A DNA stretch of 64,000 bases. It comes from a virus (Duplodnaviria > Caudoviricetes). The stretch spans positions 1 to 64,000 of IMG/VR virus record IMGVR_UViG_3300002220_003351. One strand, written 5' to 3'. Below the pieces are notes generated by a model. The model had not been told where the DNA came from. It saw only the letters and a list, made by a program, of their open reading frames with translations, and did no database searches. Shown here one piece after another: positions 44,383 through 54,061 of the stretch. How positions within the stretch are numbered: the stretch's first letter is position 1; each line of letters opens with the position of its first letter. The position numbers were made by a program, and so were the translations under genes.

Positions 44383-44856
44383 GTGGAAGTTATCAACCGG
44401 AAGCAGAAACTGCATGACCTTGGGGAGCAGGTGGAGATCGGGAAGCAGATGATGGGGAAGGGCGGGTATGTTGCCGGGAAGGCCCTCAAGGAGATCAAGG
44501 AGGGAGGGTTCTGGGTGGAAGAGGCGAAATCATTTGAGGAATATGTCGAAATGGCCCACGGGATCAAAAAGTCCTGGGCCTATGGATTGATCGGGATCGT
44601 GGATAAGTTTTCCACCCAACTGGAAACCAAGCCCCCAGCCGACGCGAGCCGTCTTGTCAAACTCCTTCCCTATACCTCTCAGGACAACGCGGAAGAGCTA
44701 TATGGGATGGCCCTCACCACGCCAGCTCAGGCCTTTGAGAACAACCTCAGGAATCTTCGTGGCAAAGTGGCCCCTGACCAGTGTACCGGGCATGCGTGGG
44801 AGCCCTGGAGGAAGTGTTCCATCTGCGGGAAGATGACTCCCGGCGAGGCAAACTAA
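44383..44856 (+). CDS. Hypothetical phage protein with C-terminal zinc ribbon
   Basis: GGAGGTG RBS; LKEIKEGGFW..SFEEY pattern; CTGH..CSICG. Confidence 0.6.
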   Translation: MEVINRKQKLHDLGEQVEIGKQMMGKGGYVAGKALKEIKEGGFWVEEAKSFEEYVEMAHGIKKSWAYGLIGIVDKFSTQLETKPPADASRLVKLLPYTSQDNAEELYGMALTTPAQAFENNLRNLRGKVAPDQCTGHAWEPWRKCSICGKMTPGEAN

Positions 44857-44913
44857 TGGCCCAAATCTGACTCGTTGATGGTAACGCCCACCTATTGAGA
44901 GGTTAATAAAAAA

Positions 44914-45384
44914 ATGCGTGAAAAGTCCAGAAATTCCGTGATTTTAGCGGTTCCGAAGCCAAAAAAGACCCCGAAGCCCCCCAAAAAGCGCCCCAAAAAG
45001 CCCACCCTGGGACAGCTTAAGAGGACCCTTGACCGCCTCGCCAGGGAGATCGTCCGGGCCAGGGATAAAATGGCCTGCCGGATCTGCGGCGGGACCGATC
45101 ACCTATCGGCTCACCACTATTTCACCCGGAGGTCTCACGCAGCCGTCCGATGGGACACTGACAACATGTTATTGATTTGCTCCCCCTGCCACTTTCGGAT
45201 TCATAACCGGGGGGATGAAGAGGTTGTCCGGGACGCTTTACTCCGGACGATCGGCCCGGAGCGGTTCGAGGCCATGAAGGCCAGGGCCTGGGACAGGCTC
45301 GACATCCGGGTCCCTGTCCTCAACGGGTTAATAGAGGGCCTGGAAGGCCAAAAAAAAGGGGAGCCGAAGCTCCCCGATTCTTAG
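44914..45384 (+). CDS. NinG/Rap-like recombination endonuclease (HNH fold)
   Basis: LDRLAREIVRARD..CRICG..AHHYF.R....VRWD.DNM..ICSPCH. Confidence 0.75.
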   Translation: MREKSRNSVILAVPKPKKTPKPPKKRPKKPTLGQLKRTLDRLAREIVRARDKMACRICGGTDHLSAHHYFTRRSHAAVRWDTDNMLLICSPCHFRIHNRGDEEVVRDALLRTIGPERFEAMKARAWDRLDIRVPVLNGLIEGLEGQKKGEPKLPDS

Positions 45385-45614
45385 CGCACCCCCCTCTCCT
45401 TCCGAAGCCGCTTGCGCTCCGCAGCCTCAGCGTCAGCGTTCCACTTGGCCACCTGGACGAACACCCGCCCAATGGGGGCCGAGTACCACTTGCGCCTCCC
45501 CTCTTCCCGGAAGGCGATTACATCCCCCGGGATGAGGGCCACCACCACCCTGCGCCGGATCGCAGGCACCTTTTCGATGGATCTCCGGGTCACCTTCTTC
45601 AGTAGATTGGTCAC
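45381..45614 (-). CDS. Small basic hypothetical protein
   Basis: 77 aa, AGGAGG RBS, converges on the NinG-like gene. Confidence 0.55.
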   Translation of the reverse strand: MTNLLKKVTRRSIEKVPAIRRRVVVALIPGDVIAFREEGRRKWYSAPIGRVFVQVAKWNADAEAAERKRLRKERGVR

Positions 45615-45623
45615 GATCCCCTC

Positions 45624-45770
45624 CTATTGAGTCGCTAATAGATAGGCAAGAGCCCCCACTGCCGCCAGCCACCCCGCCAGGTTCACCGCCTGGAGGATCT
45701 TAAGCCGGGTCCGGGCCTTGACGAACAGCTTATACTCCACCCCTCCGGGCCAGTCCTCTCGTTCAATCAT
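45624..45770 (-). CDS. 48-aa membrane peptide
   Basis: Not in ORF track; MIEREDWPGG...AVNLAGWLAAVGALAYLLATQ*. Confidence 0.5.
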   Translation of the reverse strand: MIEREDWPGGVEYKLFVKARTRLKILQAVNLAGWLAAVGALAYLLATQ

Positions 45771-45772
45771 GG

Positions 45773-46250
45773 TCAGCCCCCTTTCATGATCTCAGCCGCC
45801 CCGTCAAGGCGCCTTGCCTTTTCGTCTTCCGACAAGGAGTCGAAATCGTCCGGGAAAGAGAGCCCCGGGACGGTTCCGAGCATCCGCTTTTTCCACTTGT
45901 TCTTCTCTTCCGGGGTCTCGCAGAGGACCTCCCCCACCTTCATGAAGGCGAGGACCGGGGCAAAGGTCCGTTCCGCCTCCGCCCGCACATAGGCCTCTTC
46001 GCAGAGGTCACCCTGCCGCTCGATCTCCGCCGCCTGGTACATTGCCGCGATTCCTTCGGGCTCCATCATCTGTTCGCAGATCGCAAGCTCCACACGGAGA
46101 GAGCAGGCCCGAAGGCCCTTTTTCTCCGTGGAAACGAGGACTTGATCGAACACGCAGTCTTCGATGATCCGGTCTTCCCAGGCCGGGAACACCTCACACT
46201 CCACCCTCAGGGGGATTCCTTTGAGGGTCACTGTCGCCTTTGTCTTCATC
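45773..46250 (-). CDS. Hypothetical protein
   Basis: Likely start at MKTKATV after GGAGGTG (start approximate). Confidence 0.55.
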
Positions 46251-46494
46251 TTGTTCACCTCCATCGTCTGCTGTGTCCTTCGGGAGGCTTTTCGCCAGGT
46301 CTCCGAAGGCCTCAATAAAAGTCTTCCCGTTCCCAATAAAGCACCCGCCCCCCTGGACGCAGATCTGAGCCACCGTGACATCCTCTTCAGACCCGTCGAA
46401 GCTGCGGTGATAACGGGTTAATGAGAGGCTCACGGAGACGTAGCGCTCCGGAAACATCTGCTTCGCTAAGTTGAATACCTCTTTTATATCCATG
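46194..46494 (-). CDS. Hypothetical protein (MDIKEVF...)
   Basis: In-frame part of track ORF 46194..46595; start approximate. Confidence 0.5.
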
Positions 46495-46536
46495 ATATGT
46501 CCTTTCTCCCCGTCCCGCCGATAGGTCAGCGCCCTG

Positions 46537-47142
46537 CTATTTCCGGAGGTTCCGTTCGATCGCCGCAAAGGCCAGGAATTTCTCCGGGTCTTCACGTGGG
46601 AGGTCTTTCCCGCTCCGGATCACCTTGTCTTTGAAGAGAAACGTGATTCCCTGGGGGTCGATCCTGGCCGCGAGGCAGCGCCCGTAGTAGGTCCCCCAAT
46701 GGTTCCGGAGGGCGATGGTCCCGAGCCGCCTGCAGACAATGAGCCCCATAAGGTTCGAGTAAAACGAGGATTCCAATGGGGTCAGCCGCTCCGGGTTGGC
46801 GCAGTTGATCTCCTGGTCGGTCTTTCCAGTGACCCGCTTGGATCTCCGGAGGTACCTTCTCCGGGCCTCCTCAGCCTCTCTCCCGGCCTTCTCAGGGGCC
46901 GATTGGGTCTTGACGATCGCCTTCCGGGTCTCCATTAGTAGCTTGCCGCAGGAGTCGGCGGTCACCCCGTCAAAGTGCGCCTTGAGGTAAACGGACATCT
47001 TCGAGAACAGCGCCAGGGAGAGGTTCCAGTTGACCGTCAGGTCTGTCCGGTAGTAGCTCCGTCTGGAGTTGGTCAGGTCTGCAATCATGAGCTTGTAGAT
47101 CCGCTCCACCTCATTCTGTTTCCCGGCCATGGTGGCCACCAA
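46537..47142 (-). CDS. Hypothetical protein
   Basis: 201 aa, AGGAGG RBS. Confidence 0.6.
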   Translation of the reverse strand: MVATMAGKQNEVERIYKLMIADLTNSRRSYYRTDLTVNWNLSLALFSKMSVYLKAHFDGVTADSCGKLLMETRKAIVKTQSAPEKAGREAEEARRRYLRRSKRVTGKTDQEINCANPERLTPLESSFYSNLMGLIVCRRLGTIALRNHWGTYYGRCLAARIDPQGITFLFKDKVIRSGKDLPREDPEKFLAFAAIERNLRK

Positions 47143-47317
47143 CAGGACCTCCTTGCGCTTGCTTAATATGTCCCTGATTCCGATGGGTTTTCAACCCTTC
47201 GTGATTGGTGTTATATGGTTGTACTTTGCCGGGATTTGTGTCCGGTCTCCGTAGTGTCCGTAGTGTCTCATGGCTTCCTCCTAATCTGTTAGGGGAGGGT
47301 TGCCCCTCCCCGTTGGT

Positions 47318-48601
47318 TTATTGCGGGTCGATATTGACCACCTCCCCGAACGGGACCGTTCGTTCTTGCCCGTACAGCGCCCAAAGCACCGGAAAGCCTG
47401 GATCTTCCGGGAATGAATCGCAGTAGCCGTCCGTGTAGTAGATGAGGCAAGTGGGCTCTTCGCCGTTCTTCTCCAACCACTTGAACGCAGGCTGAAAATC
47501 CGTTCCCCCGCCCCCTTTGGGCTTCAATTTGATGGGGAGGTCCGAAGAGTCAAATTCGCCCCCGTCATGGCAGCGTGTATCCACGTACAACACCCTGATC
47601 TGAGTCTCGAATTCACTCAGGACCGAGTTGATCTTAGCTTGGAAATACGCCACCTGTTCGTCACCGATTGATCCGGAGGTGTCCATCACCATACAGATGG
47701 ACGGGATAGCATCCCCCTGAACCGAGGGCATGTAAATGTCGTGAATTAAATGCTTTTTTGAGGGTCTGTTCCAGGTGTAATCCCCGCACCGGGTTTTCTG
47801 GACGAAATCCCGGAGAACGTCCTCCAGGTCCCTTTTCTTGATCTGCATGTCCTGGACGAGGCGCTCCATTCCATCCGGGACCTTGCCGCAGGCCTGGGCC
47901 GCCTGGAGCGCCCGGGCCGCCGTGATCTTCCACTCCCCTTCCAGTTGGCAGCGTTCCGATTCGGACGGGGTTCCGCCGTCCTCCCCGGTTGCAGGCTCGA
48001 CCTCTCCGGGTCCGGGTTGGTATTCTTCGCCCGGGTCCTCTTGTCCCTCTTCCGGGGTCCCGGAGCTCTGTCCCTCCTGGGGGTCCTCTTCGCCCTCCTG
48101 AGGGTCTCCCTGCCCCTGTTGGGGTTCTTCTTGCTCTTGGGGGGCTCCCTGGCCTCCCTGGCTCTTCTGTTGGGCCTTCTCCTGGGCCTTCGCCCGGAGG
48201 ATGCTGTAAACCACCTCAAACGATTTGTCCGGAGCGGAGAGATCCGGGGCGTGCAGCCACCCCTCCCTCAGGGTCAGACGGGCTCGTTTCATCTGTCCGT
48301 TAACAACGTAATCCATGGCCATATTGGAGAGCCTATGGTCCCGCTCCTGAATCCTGAGCGGGTGAAGCATAACGCAGTGCAGCACCTCATGGCAGATGAG
48401 GCTCTCGACGATCTCGATGGGGAGCGGGTCGGTATACCCAGGGTTGAACCTGAGCACCCGCCCGTCAGTGCAAGCGGTTGGAATCCTTGGGTCTTCGATG
48501 AATTTCAGGGCGATTGAAGCGCTCCCGAAGAACGGTTGGGAGATCATCAGCCGCGCCCTGGCTTGTTTCATTCGTTCCATTCCTTGCGTTCCGTTTTTCA
48601 T
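47318..48601 (-). CDS. DUF2201-like metallopeptidase / VWA domain protein
   Basis: PTACTDG...FNP, HEVLH, NMAMDYVVN, acidic Gln/Gly linker, MDTSGS (MIDAS), GGGGTDF, IYYTDGY. Confidence 0.88.
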   Translation of the reverse strand: MKNGTQGMERMKQARARLMISQPFFGSASIALKFIEDPRIPTACTDGRVLRFNPGYTDPLPIEIVESLICHEVLHCVMLHPLRIQERDHRLSNMAMDYVVNGQMKRARLTLREGWLHAPDLSAPDKSFEVVYSILRAKAQEKAQQKSQGGQGAPQEQEEPQQGQGDPQEGEEDPQEGQSSGTPEEGQEDPGEEYQPGPGEVEPATGEDGGTPSESERCQLEGEWKITAARALQAAQACGKVPDGMERLVQDMQIKKRDLEDVLRDFVQKTRCGDYTWNRPSKKHLIHDIYMPSVQGDAIPSICMVMDTSGSIGDEQVAYFQAKINSVLSEFETQIRVLYVDTRCHDGGEFDSSDLPIKLKPKGGGGTDFQPAFKWLEKNGEEPTCLIYYTDGYCDSFPEDPGFPVLWALYGQERTVPFGEVVNIDPQ

Positions 48602-48616
48602 TGTGATTCCCTCCTG

Positions 48617-49603
48617 TTAGATGATCCCCAGGGCCGCCAGTCGGGCCTCCATGTCCGGGGTCTCGTTTTTCGGTTCCACTTTGGTCTCTGCCGTGTTAAC
48701 AGGTTTAGGCATGGCAGGAGCCGGGGACGGAGCCGATCGTTCAGCCTGGGGCAACGTGGCGCGATTTTTCGCCTGTTTCAGGACCTCAGCCGCCGCCTCC
48801 CGGGCCTCCTTCCGCAGTTCTTTTGATTGCCTCAATTCCTTTGGGTCATAATCCAGTCGACTGGAAAGCTCCTGGGCCATCCTGTCAAGGTCCGGGTCTT
48901 CGGTTATGTTCATTTTCGGCAATAACTCCGCAAGTTCCTTGACGTTTCCGACGATTGAATCCCGGAAGGTCTTGGCATCCTCCCCGTCGTCCGTCATTCG
49001 CTCCTGGAGCGCCGAAACCGTTTCAAATACGCGATTCCATAACTCTTTTTGTGCCTCCGTTGCAGCGTCCCGCACCTTTGCTTCGATGTCCTTCTGCATT
49101 TCCTTCAACTCTTCGTTCCCAATGGGGATTTTCAAATGGCTTCCCTCAGGGATGGGGGCGAAGTCCACGCCCATCTGGAATTTCCTCCGGAGTTGGCGCT
49201 CCGAAGGGTAATCTGCCGGATTGTACAGACCATTCAGTGCGATCCGGGCCTCTTCCTGGAGCTCAGGATATGAGGCGCAGAATTTTTCCACCGCCTCATC
49301 CCAAACCGCCTTGAATTCGTTGTACTTTCCCATGTATTCCGTGATGAGCTCCGAGGGGAGGATCGCTTGCCCCTTGACGCAATAGGGGAGGGTCCTCTCA
49401 TAGTGATACGTTCGCATCTTGCCGGAAATCTTGACGATCTCGTCCAGGTGTTCCCTGGCAATCACCGCCTTGTTATACCGTCCCGCCTCAGGTTTACACT
49501 TGTAATGATCCGCCACCGAATCCGTGGCCTTTTTGTCAAATTTCCTTGCCGTCCACTGGCTGATATTGAGGCTTACCAGGCACGCCTTGTCTTGAATCTT
49601 CAT
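48617..49603 (-). CDS. DUF3150-like hypothetical protein
   Basis: LVSLNISQWTARKFD, HYERTLP, LYNPADYP, FRDSIVGN; typical position between AAA and VWA genes. Confidence 0.6.
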   Translation of the reverse strand: MKIQDKACLVSLNISQWTARKFDKKATDSVADHYKCKPEAGRYNKAVIAREHLDEIVKISGKMRTYHYERTLPYCVKGQAILPSELITEYMGKYNEFKAVWDEAVEKFCASYPELQEEARIALNGLYNPADYPSERQLRRKFQMGVDFAPIPEGSHLKIPIGNEELKEMQKDIEAKVRDAATEAQKELWNRVFETVSALQERMTDDGEDAKTFRDSIVGNVKELAELLPKMNITEDPDLDRMAQELSSRLDYDPKELRQSKELRKEAREAAAEVLKQAKNRATLPQAERSAPSPAPAMPKPVNTAETKVEPKNETPDMEARLAALGII

Positions 49604-49626
49604 AGCTTTTCCCTCCCTTTAATGTG

Positions 49627-50640
49627 TTACGGGTTCAACAAATAAGGGGCGTACTTCTTCGCCCACCTGGCCATCCCTGCGTTGCTACTGAGCTTTTTGT
49701 CCCTCTGAATCATGCTGAACACCATAAAGGTTGAATACTCCGCTTCGAGCCTCATGGCCAGGTCGTAAACCTGCGAGACGTTTTTAGAATTCGCCTTGTA
49801 GGCAATGGCAGAGGCCAGGGCGTAGAGGGTCGACTCGTTCGCCGGGAGCTCTTTCTTGGGGTCTTTCAGGTACTCATCAGGGTCCGGCATTTCCCGGAAA
49901 GTACGCAGGAACGCGACGTATTCCGTGGCGAATTGCTCACCACAGCATCCGGTGTAGAGGTCGAATTCCAGACCCTTGGGGCATCCTGCGAGTTGGAGCC
50001 TGCCAACCTCACCCCATCCCCTGGGGTTGGCACTGTTGACGATATCACTGGAGGGCTTGAAGTCATGGAGCAAGTTGGGCCTGAGCTTACTGAACGCGAC
50101 GAGCTCCGGGGGCATCCCGTAGGCGTTCGCCCATTGCCGCCAATCATCGTCGTCGACCTCTAAGTGTACGATTATGCACCGACTTTTCAGGGGCTCGATG
50201 ATCCCCTGGACCGCTGCCTTGTCACCTTTGCGGTTGGTGCAAAGGACAAACCTCACGAAATCGCTGATCTTCTTTCCGTTGACGGTACGTTCCCGAACCG
50301 CCTGCATGATCGCCGCCTGCACCGAATAAGGTGCCTGCCCCACATCGTCAATGATCACTACCAGGAGCGCTTGCGCTTCGAGCATGGTCTTCAAATTGCC
50401 GTAGGGCAAAAAGTTCGCCGTCTCCCGGTCCAGGGACGGGAAACCCAAACCCTTCCAATCGGAAGGATCGTCGCAGACCGGATGGAGGACCATCCAGTTT
50501 CCGCCCTGCTCCCTGGCCACCTCTGCCGCGACCTGCTCACTGATCTCTGTCTTCCCGGTCCCTGGAGCGCCCACGATCAAAAGGTTCTGCCGGGTCTGAA
50601 TCGTCAATCTTAACGCCGCCTTCAAGTCTTTCGGTCTCAT
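49627..50640 (-). CDS. MoxR-like AAA+ ATPase
   Basis: Walker A GAPGTGKT, Walker B IIDD, TNRKGD, PLKSR, NPRGW. Confidence 0.88.
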   Translation of the reverse strand: MRPKDLKAALRLTIQTRQNLLIVGAPGTGKTEISEQVAAEVAREQGGNWMVLHPVCDDPSDWKGLGFPSLDRETANFLPYGNLKTMLEAQALLVVIIDDVGQAPYSVQAAIMQAVRERTVNGKKISDFVRFVLCTNRKGDKAAVQGIIEPLKSRCIIVHLEVDDDDWRQWANAYGMPPELVAFSKLRPNLLHDFKPSSDIVNSANPRGWGEVGRLQLAGCPKGLEFDLYTGCCGEQFATEYVAFLRTFREMPDPDEYLKDPKKELPANESTLYALASAIAYKANSKNVSQVYDLAMRLEAEYSTFMVFSMIQRDKKLSSNAGMARWAKKYAPYLLNP

Positions 50641-50653
50641 CTCAATTTCCTCC

Positions 50654-50761
50654 TTATCCGTGATAAAGTGCTAACATCATTATGAAACCCATGAACGCCA
50701 TCCATGCAATCGCGAAGACGGCAACCACCCGCTCATCCTTATCCATTTTTCTGTATTTCAT
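50654..50761 (-). CDS. 35-aa single-TM peptide
   Basis: Not in ORF track; MKYRKMDKDERVVAVFAIAWMAFMGFIMMLALYHG*; GAGGGGGA RBS. Confidence 0.5.
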   Translation of the reverse strand: MKYRKMDKDERVVAVFAIAWMAFMGFIMMLALYHG

Positions 50762-50771
50762 CGCATCCCCC

Positions 50772-50849
50772 TCAAAAGATTAGTGTTCCGATCCAATAAC
50801 CTATTGCCACAACCGCCGCCTGAATAATCCAACCGATTGCCTTTTCCAT
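50772..50849 (-). CDS. 25-aa hydrophobic peptide
   Basis: Not in ORF track; MEKAIGWIIQAAVVAIGYWIGTLIF*; strong AGGAGGAGG RBS. Confidence 0.55.
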   Translation of the reverse strand: MEKAIGWIIQAAVVAIGYWIGTLIF

Positions 50850-51372
50850 GATATCCTCCTCCTGTTGACTGACTAATAGCTGTTCACACTGTTGCCCGAT
50901 CATTCCAGGCCACTGGAAAACCAATTCCAATGACCTGAATCATCTTGCAACTTGTGGCAGGCCGCTGAAGACCATTCAGGGTTCTGGCGTTCACCGTCCT
51001 GGTACTCTAACATTACCCTCCCAGGCTATCAGTGCGTCCATCCTGCCTATGTTATCGGAATCCCTCCAGATCCGATTGTCACCCCCTCATGTTCCCGATC
51101 CCCCTTCCGCCTCCGTTTTCCCTGAGTATATGTGCAAGGCCTGTACCAGGGAGCGGGTCTAATGAATTCAGGCACTTACACCATTCCAGTCGACTGGAGA
51201 TCTGGGAATCTCACGGATCGAAACCCGTATTTCCGGGCCTTTTCGGCCTTTTCCTTTGCGATCTCGCCCCCTTGCCTACCAGTGAAGATCCCCTGTGAAT
51301 CTCCCTGATCCCCCCTCAATTCGGGCCTCATGCAATAACAACCTAATCCGCCCCGAAAGATTTATTTTCGCC

Positions 51373-51560
51373 CCCTGTTTCCTATCCATTCCGCCCCTGT
51401 TTCATACCCTATGTATCCACCTACTTACGCGCCCCCTGTTGTATACCTTACCCTATTCTCATCCCTGTATCTGCTGCCCCTGTACCTATAGAGCGCTGCT
51501 TCAAGACCCGGGCTCCCTGTATCCAGGCCTCCGGGACCTAAGGCCAGGAGCTCTATGTAC
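51373..51560 (+). repeat. Cluster of CCCTGT repeats
   Basis: Exact CCCTGT at 51373, 51395, 51434, 51463, 51478, 51515; variants at 51407 and 51551; inverted copy at 51750. Confidence 0.7.
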
Positions 51561-51801
51561 CTGGGAACACTGGGCTTCTCCCTCTGGCCCTGGGGTAAAG
51601 CATGCTTCCCCTGAGCCCCCGGGGGAGACCCGATCGGACGCATGGCGGGGGGGTGGGTTACTGATACCTCCTCCACACGTATATTAGGGACCCCGTGGGT
51701 GAAAGGGGACCCTGGGGTGACGGGGTGGGGGTCTTATGAGCGTGTTAATACAGGGATAAAGGGGGGTAAGGGCCATAAAATTAAGGGGTTGTAAAAAGGG
51801 C

Positions 51802-51830
51802 TTGACAGTTACATTAAGTGGGTGTATCTC
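51802..51830 (+). promoter_or_regulatory. Sigma70-like promoter for the packaging/late operon
   Basis: TTGACA 51802-51807, 17 bp ending GTG, TATCTC. Confidence 0.5.
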
Positions 51831-51848
51831 CCACACCAAGGAGGGGGT

Positions 51849-52139
51849 ATGGACAAGAGGGAGGTTCAGAGGTTCAAGAAGTGGTACATGAGGGCCTACA
51901 GAGCCAAAAAGAAGAGGGAGAAGCTGGCCGAGGTCTTTGGTGCCGGGAGCGTTGAGCCGCTATCGTCCAAGGGGGTCACCAAGGACGAGATGTATACGAT
52001 GATAGTCCTCTTGAATCGGAGGGTTAGGGAGATTGAGGGGAGGCAGCCGGTGATCGTTTCCACCATGGACAAGGACGAGGAGGCCCGTCTCCTGGAGCAG
52101 ATCGAGGAGGAAAGGAAGGCCCTCTGTGGCGGACGGTAA
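51849..52139 (+). CDS. Hypothetical protein
   Basis: ATG after GGAGGGGG (MDKREVQR...). Confidence 0.6.
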   Translation: MDKREVQRFKKWYMRAYRAKKKREKLAEVFGAGSVEPLSSKGVTKDEMYTMIVLLNRRVREIEGRQPVIVSTMDKDEEARLLEQIEEERKALCGGR

Positions 52140-52196
52140 ACGACAGGGGCTCCGGCTATGTGGTGGGGCACTAAGTAAGTGGAATTGCTTTGGTTG

Positions 52197-52682
52197 TCAA
52201 AAACGGGTGAACGTCGGAATGAGTGTATTTTCCACCTGAACTATTTGAACTGTCTTTTCCACCGGAGCTTCTGTAGGCGATGGTTCTATTGGTGGTGATA
52301 TCGGCTGGAGGATTAAATTGATTTGTTTGCGTATTTCAACAAGGAGGCCCCTGTCAAGTTGGCCCAATGAAGCTCGAAGGTTTTTCCCTCGGGCGATATT
52401 TGCACCAAGAAGGGACAGTTCTTTGCTTTTAGTTAATGGCTTTTTTGTTCCTTTCACCGGATATTTTCTATGGTGTGCGATATGGCAGTTAAAGCAGAGA
52501 ATCTCGCACTTTCCGGCTTCTTTTAGTATTCTGTCGGCAGTCAGATGCGGGCCGATGTTAGCCTCTTTTAGAGAGGGGTTTATATGATGGAAGAGCAAAA
52601 TACCCTTGTCCGTTACCCCACATCGGTTACAGGCCGTCTTCAGTTCGTTAATAAGTGCCATGTTGGTTTCTTTGTCTCTCAT
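52197..52682 (-). CDS. HNH endonuclease, antisense to the late operon
   Basis: GGAGG RBS plus ATG; CNRCG..LLFHHINP..KCEILCFNCHIAHH; AT-rich. Confidence 0.85.
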   Translation of the reverse strand: MRDKETNMALINELKTACNRCGVTDKGILLFHHINPSLKEANIGPHLTADRILKEAGKCEILCFNCHIAHHRKYPVKGTKKPLTKSKELSLLGANIARGKNLRASLGQLDRGLLVEIRKQINLILQPISPPIEPSPTEAPVEKTVQIVQVENTLIPTFTRF

Positions 52683-52719
52683 GGTTCCTCCAAAGTGGGG
52701 TTTTTGAATCTATGTAGAG

Positions 52720-52747
52720 ATTATAACCGCACGGGATGTTTTGTCAA
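52720..52747 (-). promoter_or_regulatory. Consensus sigma70 promoter driving the antisense HNH
   Basis: TTGACA (complement of 52742-52747), 16 bp, TATAAT (complement of 52720-52725). Confidence 0.75.
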
Positions 52748-52797
52748 GGACCAATCAGCCTCTGTACGGCAAACGAAGGCCATTTATGGGAGAATAG

Positions 52798-53241
52798 TTG
52801 CCGATGAAGCCAGGACAGAAGAGTAAAAGCGCCGTCCTTGAGGACGGATTCAACCGCCAGAAGAAGATCACCCCCACCAAAAAAGACATCACCGCCGGGA
52901 AGAAGCTCGTCAACGACCTCGACAAGGACACCGGAGAGAGCGCCTACGAGATGCTTGAGACGATGAGGTGGATCTTCAAGAAGGTCAAGGGCCGAAAGAA
53001 GCTCCTGGAGTTGGTCAAGAAGGACAACAAGCAGTTCGTGGCCATGATCCGGGAGTTAATGAAGATCGAGACCTCACTCCTGTCGGCCAAGATCCGTGCG
53101 GAAGGAGGGGAGGCGGGACCGAACAACAACTTCTTCGTCGTCCTCAAGGGTCTCGAAGACGAGATCAAGACCGAAGACAGCGCCCTCGATATGAAGCAGA
53201 TAGGGAGAGTTATGAACCCCGACGGGACGGAGGCCGAATGA
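52798..53241 (+). CDS. Putative terminase small subunit
   Basis: 147 aa helical/basic, upstream of terL; function by position only. Confidence 0.45.
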   Translation: MPMKPGQKSKSAVLEDGFNRQKKITPTKKDITAGKKLVNDLDKDTGESAYEMLETMRWIFKKVKGRKKLLELVKKDNKQFVAMIRELMKIETSLLSAKIRAEGGEAGPNNNFFVVLKGLEDEIKTEDSALDMKQIGRVMNPDGTEAE

Positions 53242-53903
53242 TCACCCACGAGTTCAGAGGCATCAAGTTTCACTTCAACGAATCCCCCCAGATCCAGGAA
53301 CTGGTCAACGAAATCTTCTCCGACAACTACAAAGTCTTTTACAGGAACCTCTCCATAAGGCCCGGGGACGTCATTCTGGACATCGGGGCCTGCGAGGGGG
53401 TCTTTTCGATCATGATGGGGAAGGTGTTCCCGGACTCAAGGGTTATTTCCTTCGAGCCCGTGAGGAGGACCTTCTTCCAGTTCATGAGGAACCTCGGCCT
53501 CAACGGGGCCAACAATGTCGAGGCGGTGAACATGGGGGTCGGGAAGGAGCCCGGCACCATCCCCATGGCCATCGGGCAGAGCAACTGGTCCGGAGGGTCC
53601 TCGGGGGTCATGACCTTCAACCCCGCCCTCCACGAGATGACCACGGTGGACGTGATCACCCTGGACGAAGTCTTTGAGAGGCACAAGATCGACCGGTGCC
53701 GACTCCTGAAGATGGACATCGAGGGGATGGAGTACGACGCCTTATACGGATCGAAGGTCCTCGACCGGGTGGACTACATGGTGGGGGAGTTCCACATCAA
53801 CCAGAAACTACAGGAGCGGGGGAGGGACATCTCCGAGCTTGCGACATGGGTGGGGGAGAAGACGAACCTTATCTACTTTGAGAGATGCAGGATGGCGGAG
53901 TGA
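53238..53903 (+). CDS. FkbM family methyltransferase
   Basis: ATG 53238 overlapping the upstream stop; ILDIGACEG, ISFEP, ITLD, LLKMDIEG.E. Confidence 0.9.
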   Translation: MITHEFRGIKFHFNESPQIQELVNEIFSDNYKVFYRNLSIRPGDVILDIGACEGVFSIMMGKVFPDSRVISFEPVRRTFFQFMRNLGLNGANNVEAVNMGVGKEPGTIPMAIGQSNWSGGSSGVMTFNPALHEMTTVDVITLDEVFERHKIDRCRLLKMDIEGMEYDALYGSKVLDRVDYMVGEFHINQKLQERGRDISELATWVGEKTNLIYFERCRMAE

Positions 53904-54061
53904 GAAAGCGATTCAAAAGGAAGCTGCGTAGCTGCCCCATGTGCAAGCCACACAAGACCAACGGGTCTGTGCGCTGGAAGCCAAAAGACCTGGAGGCTCT
54001 CAAGATAGCGGAGAAGGAAATCAGATGGGAGAAAGCTACCGGTAATGGACGAGCCCTTTAA
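53900..54061 (+). CDS. Small basic protein (CPMCKPH)
   Basis: Not in ORF track; GTGA overlap with the FkbM stop. Confidence 0.5.
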   Translation: MRKRFKRKLRSCPMCKPHKTNGSVRWKPKDLEALKIAEKEIRWEKATGNGRAL

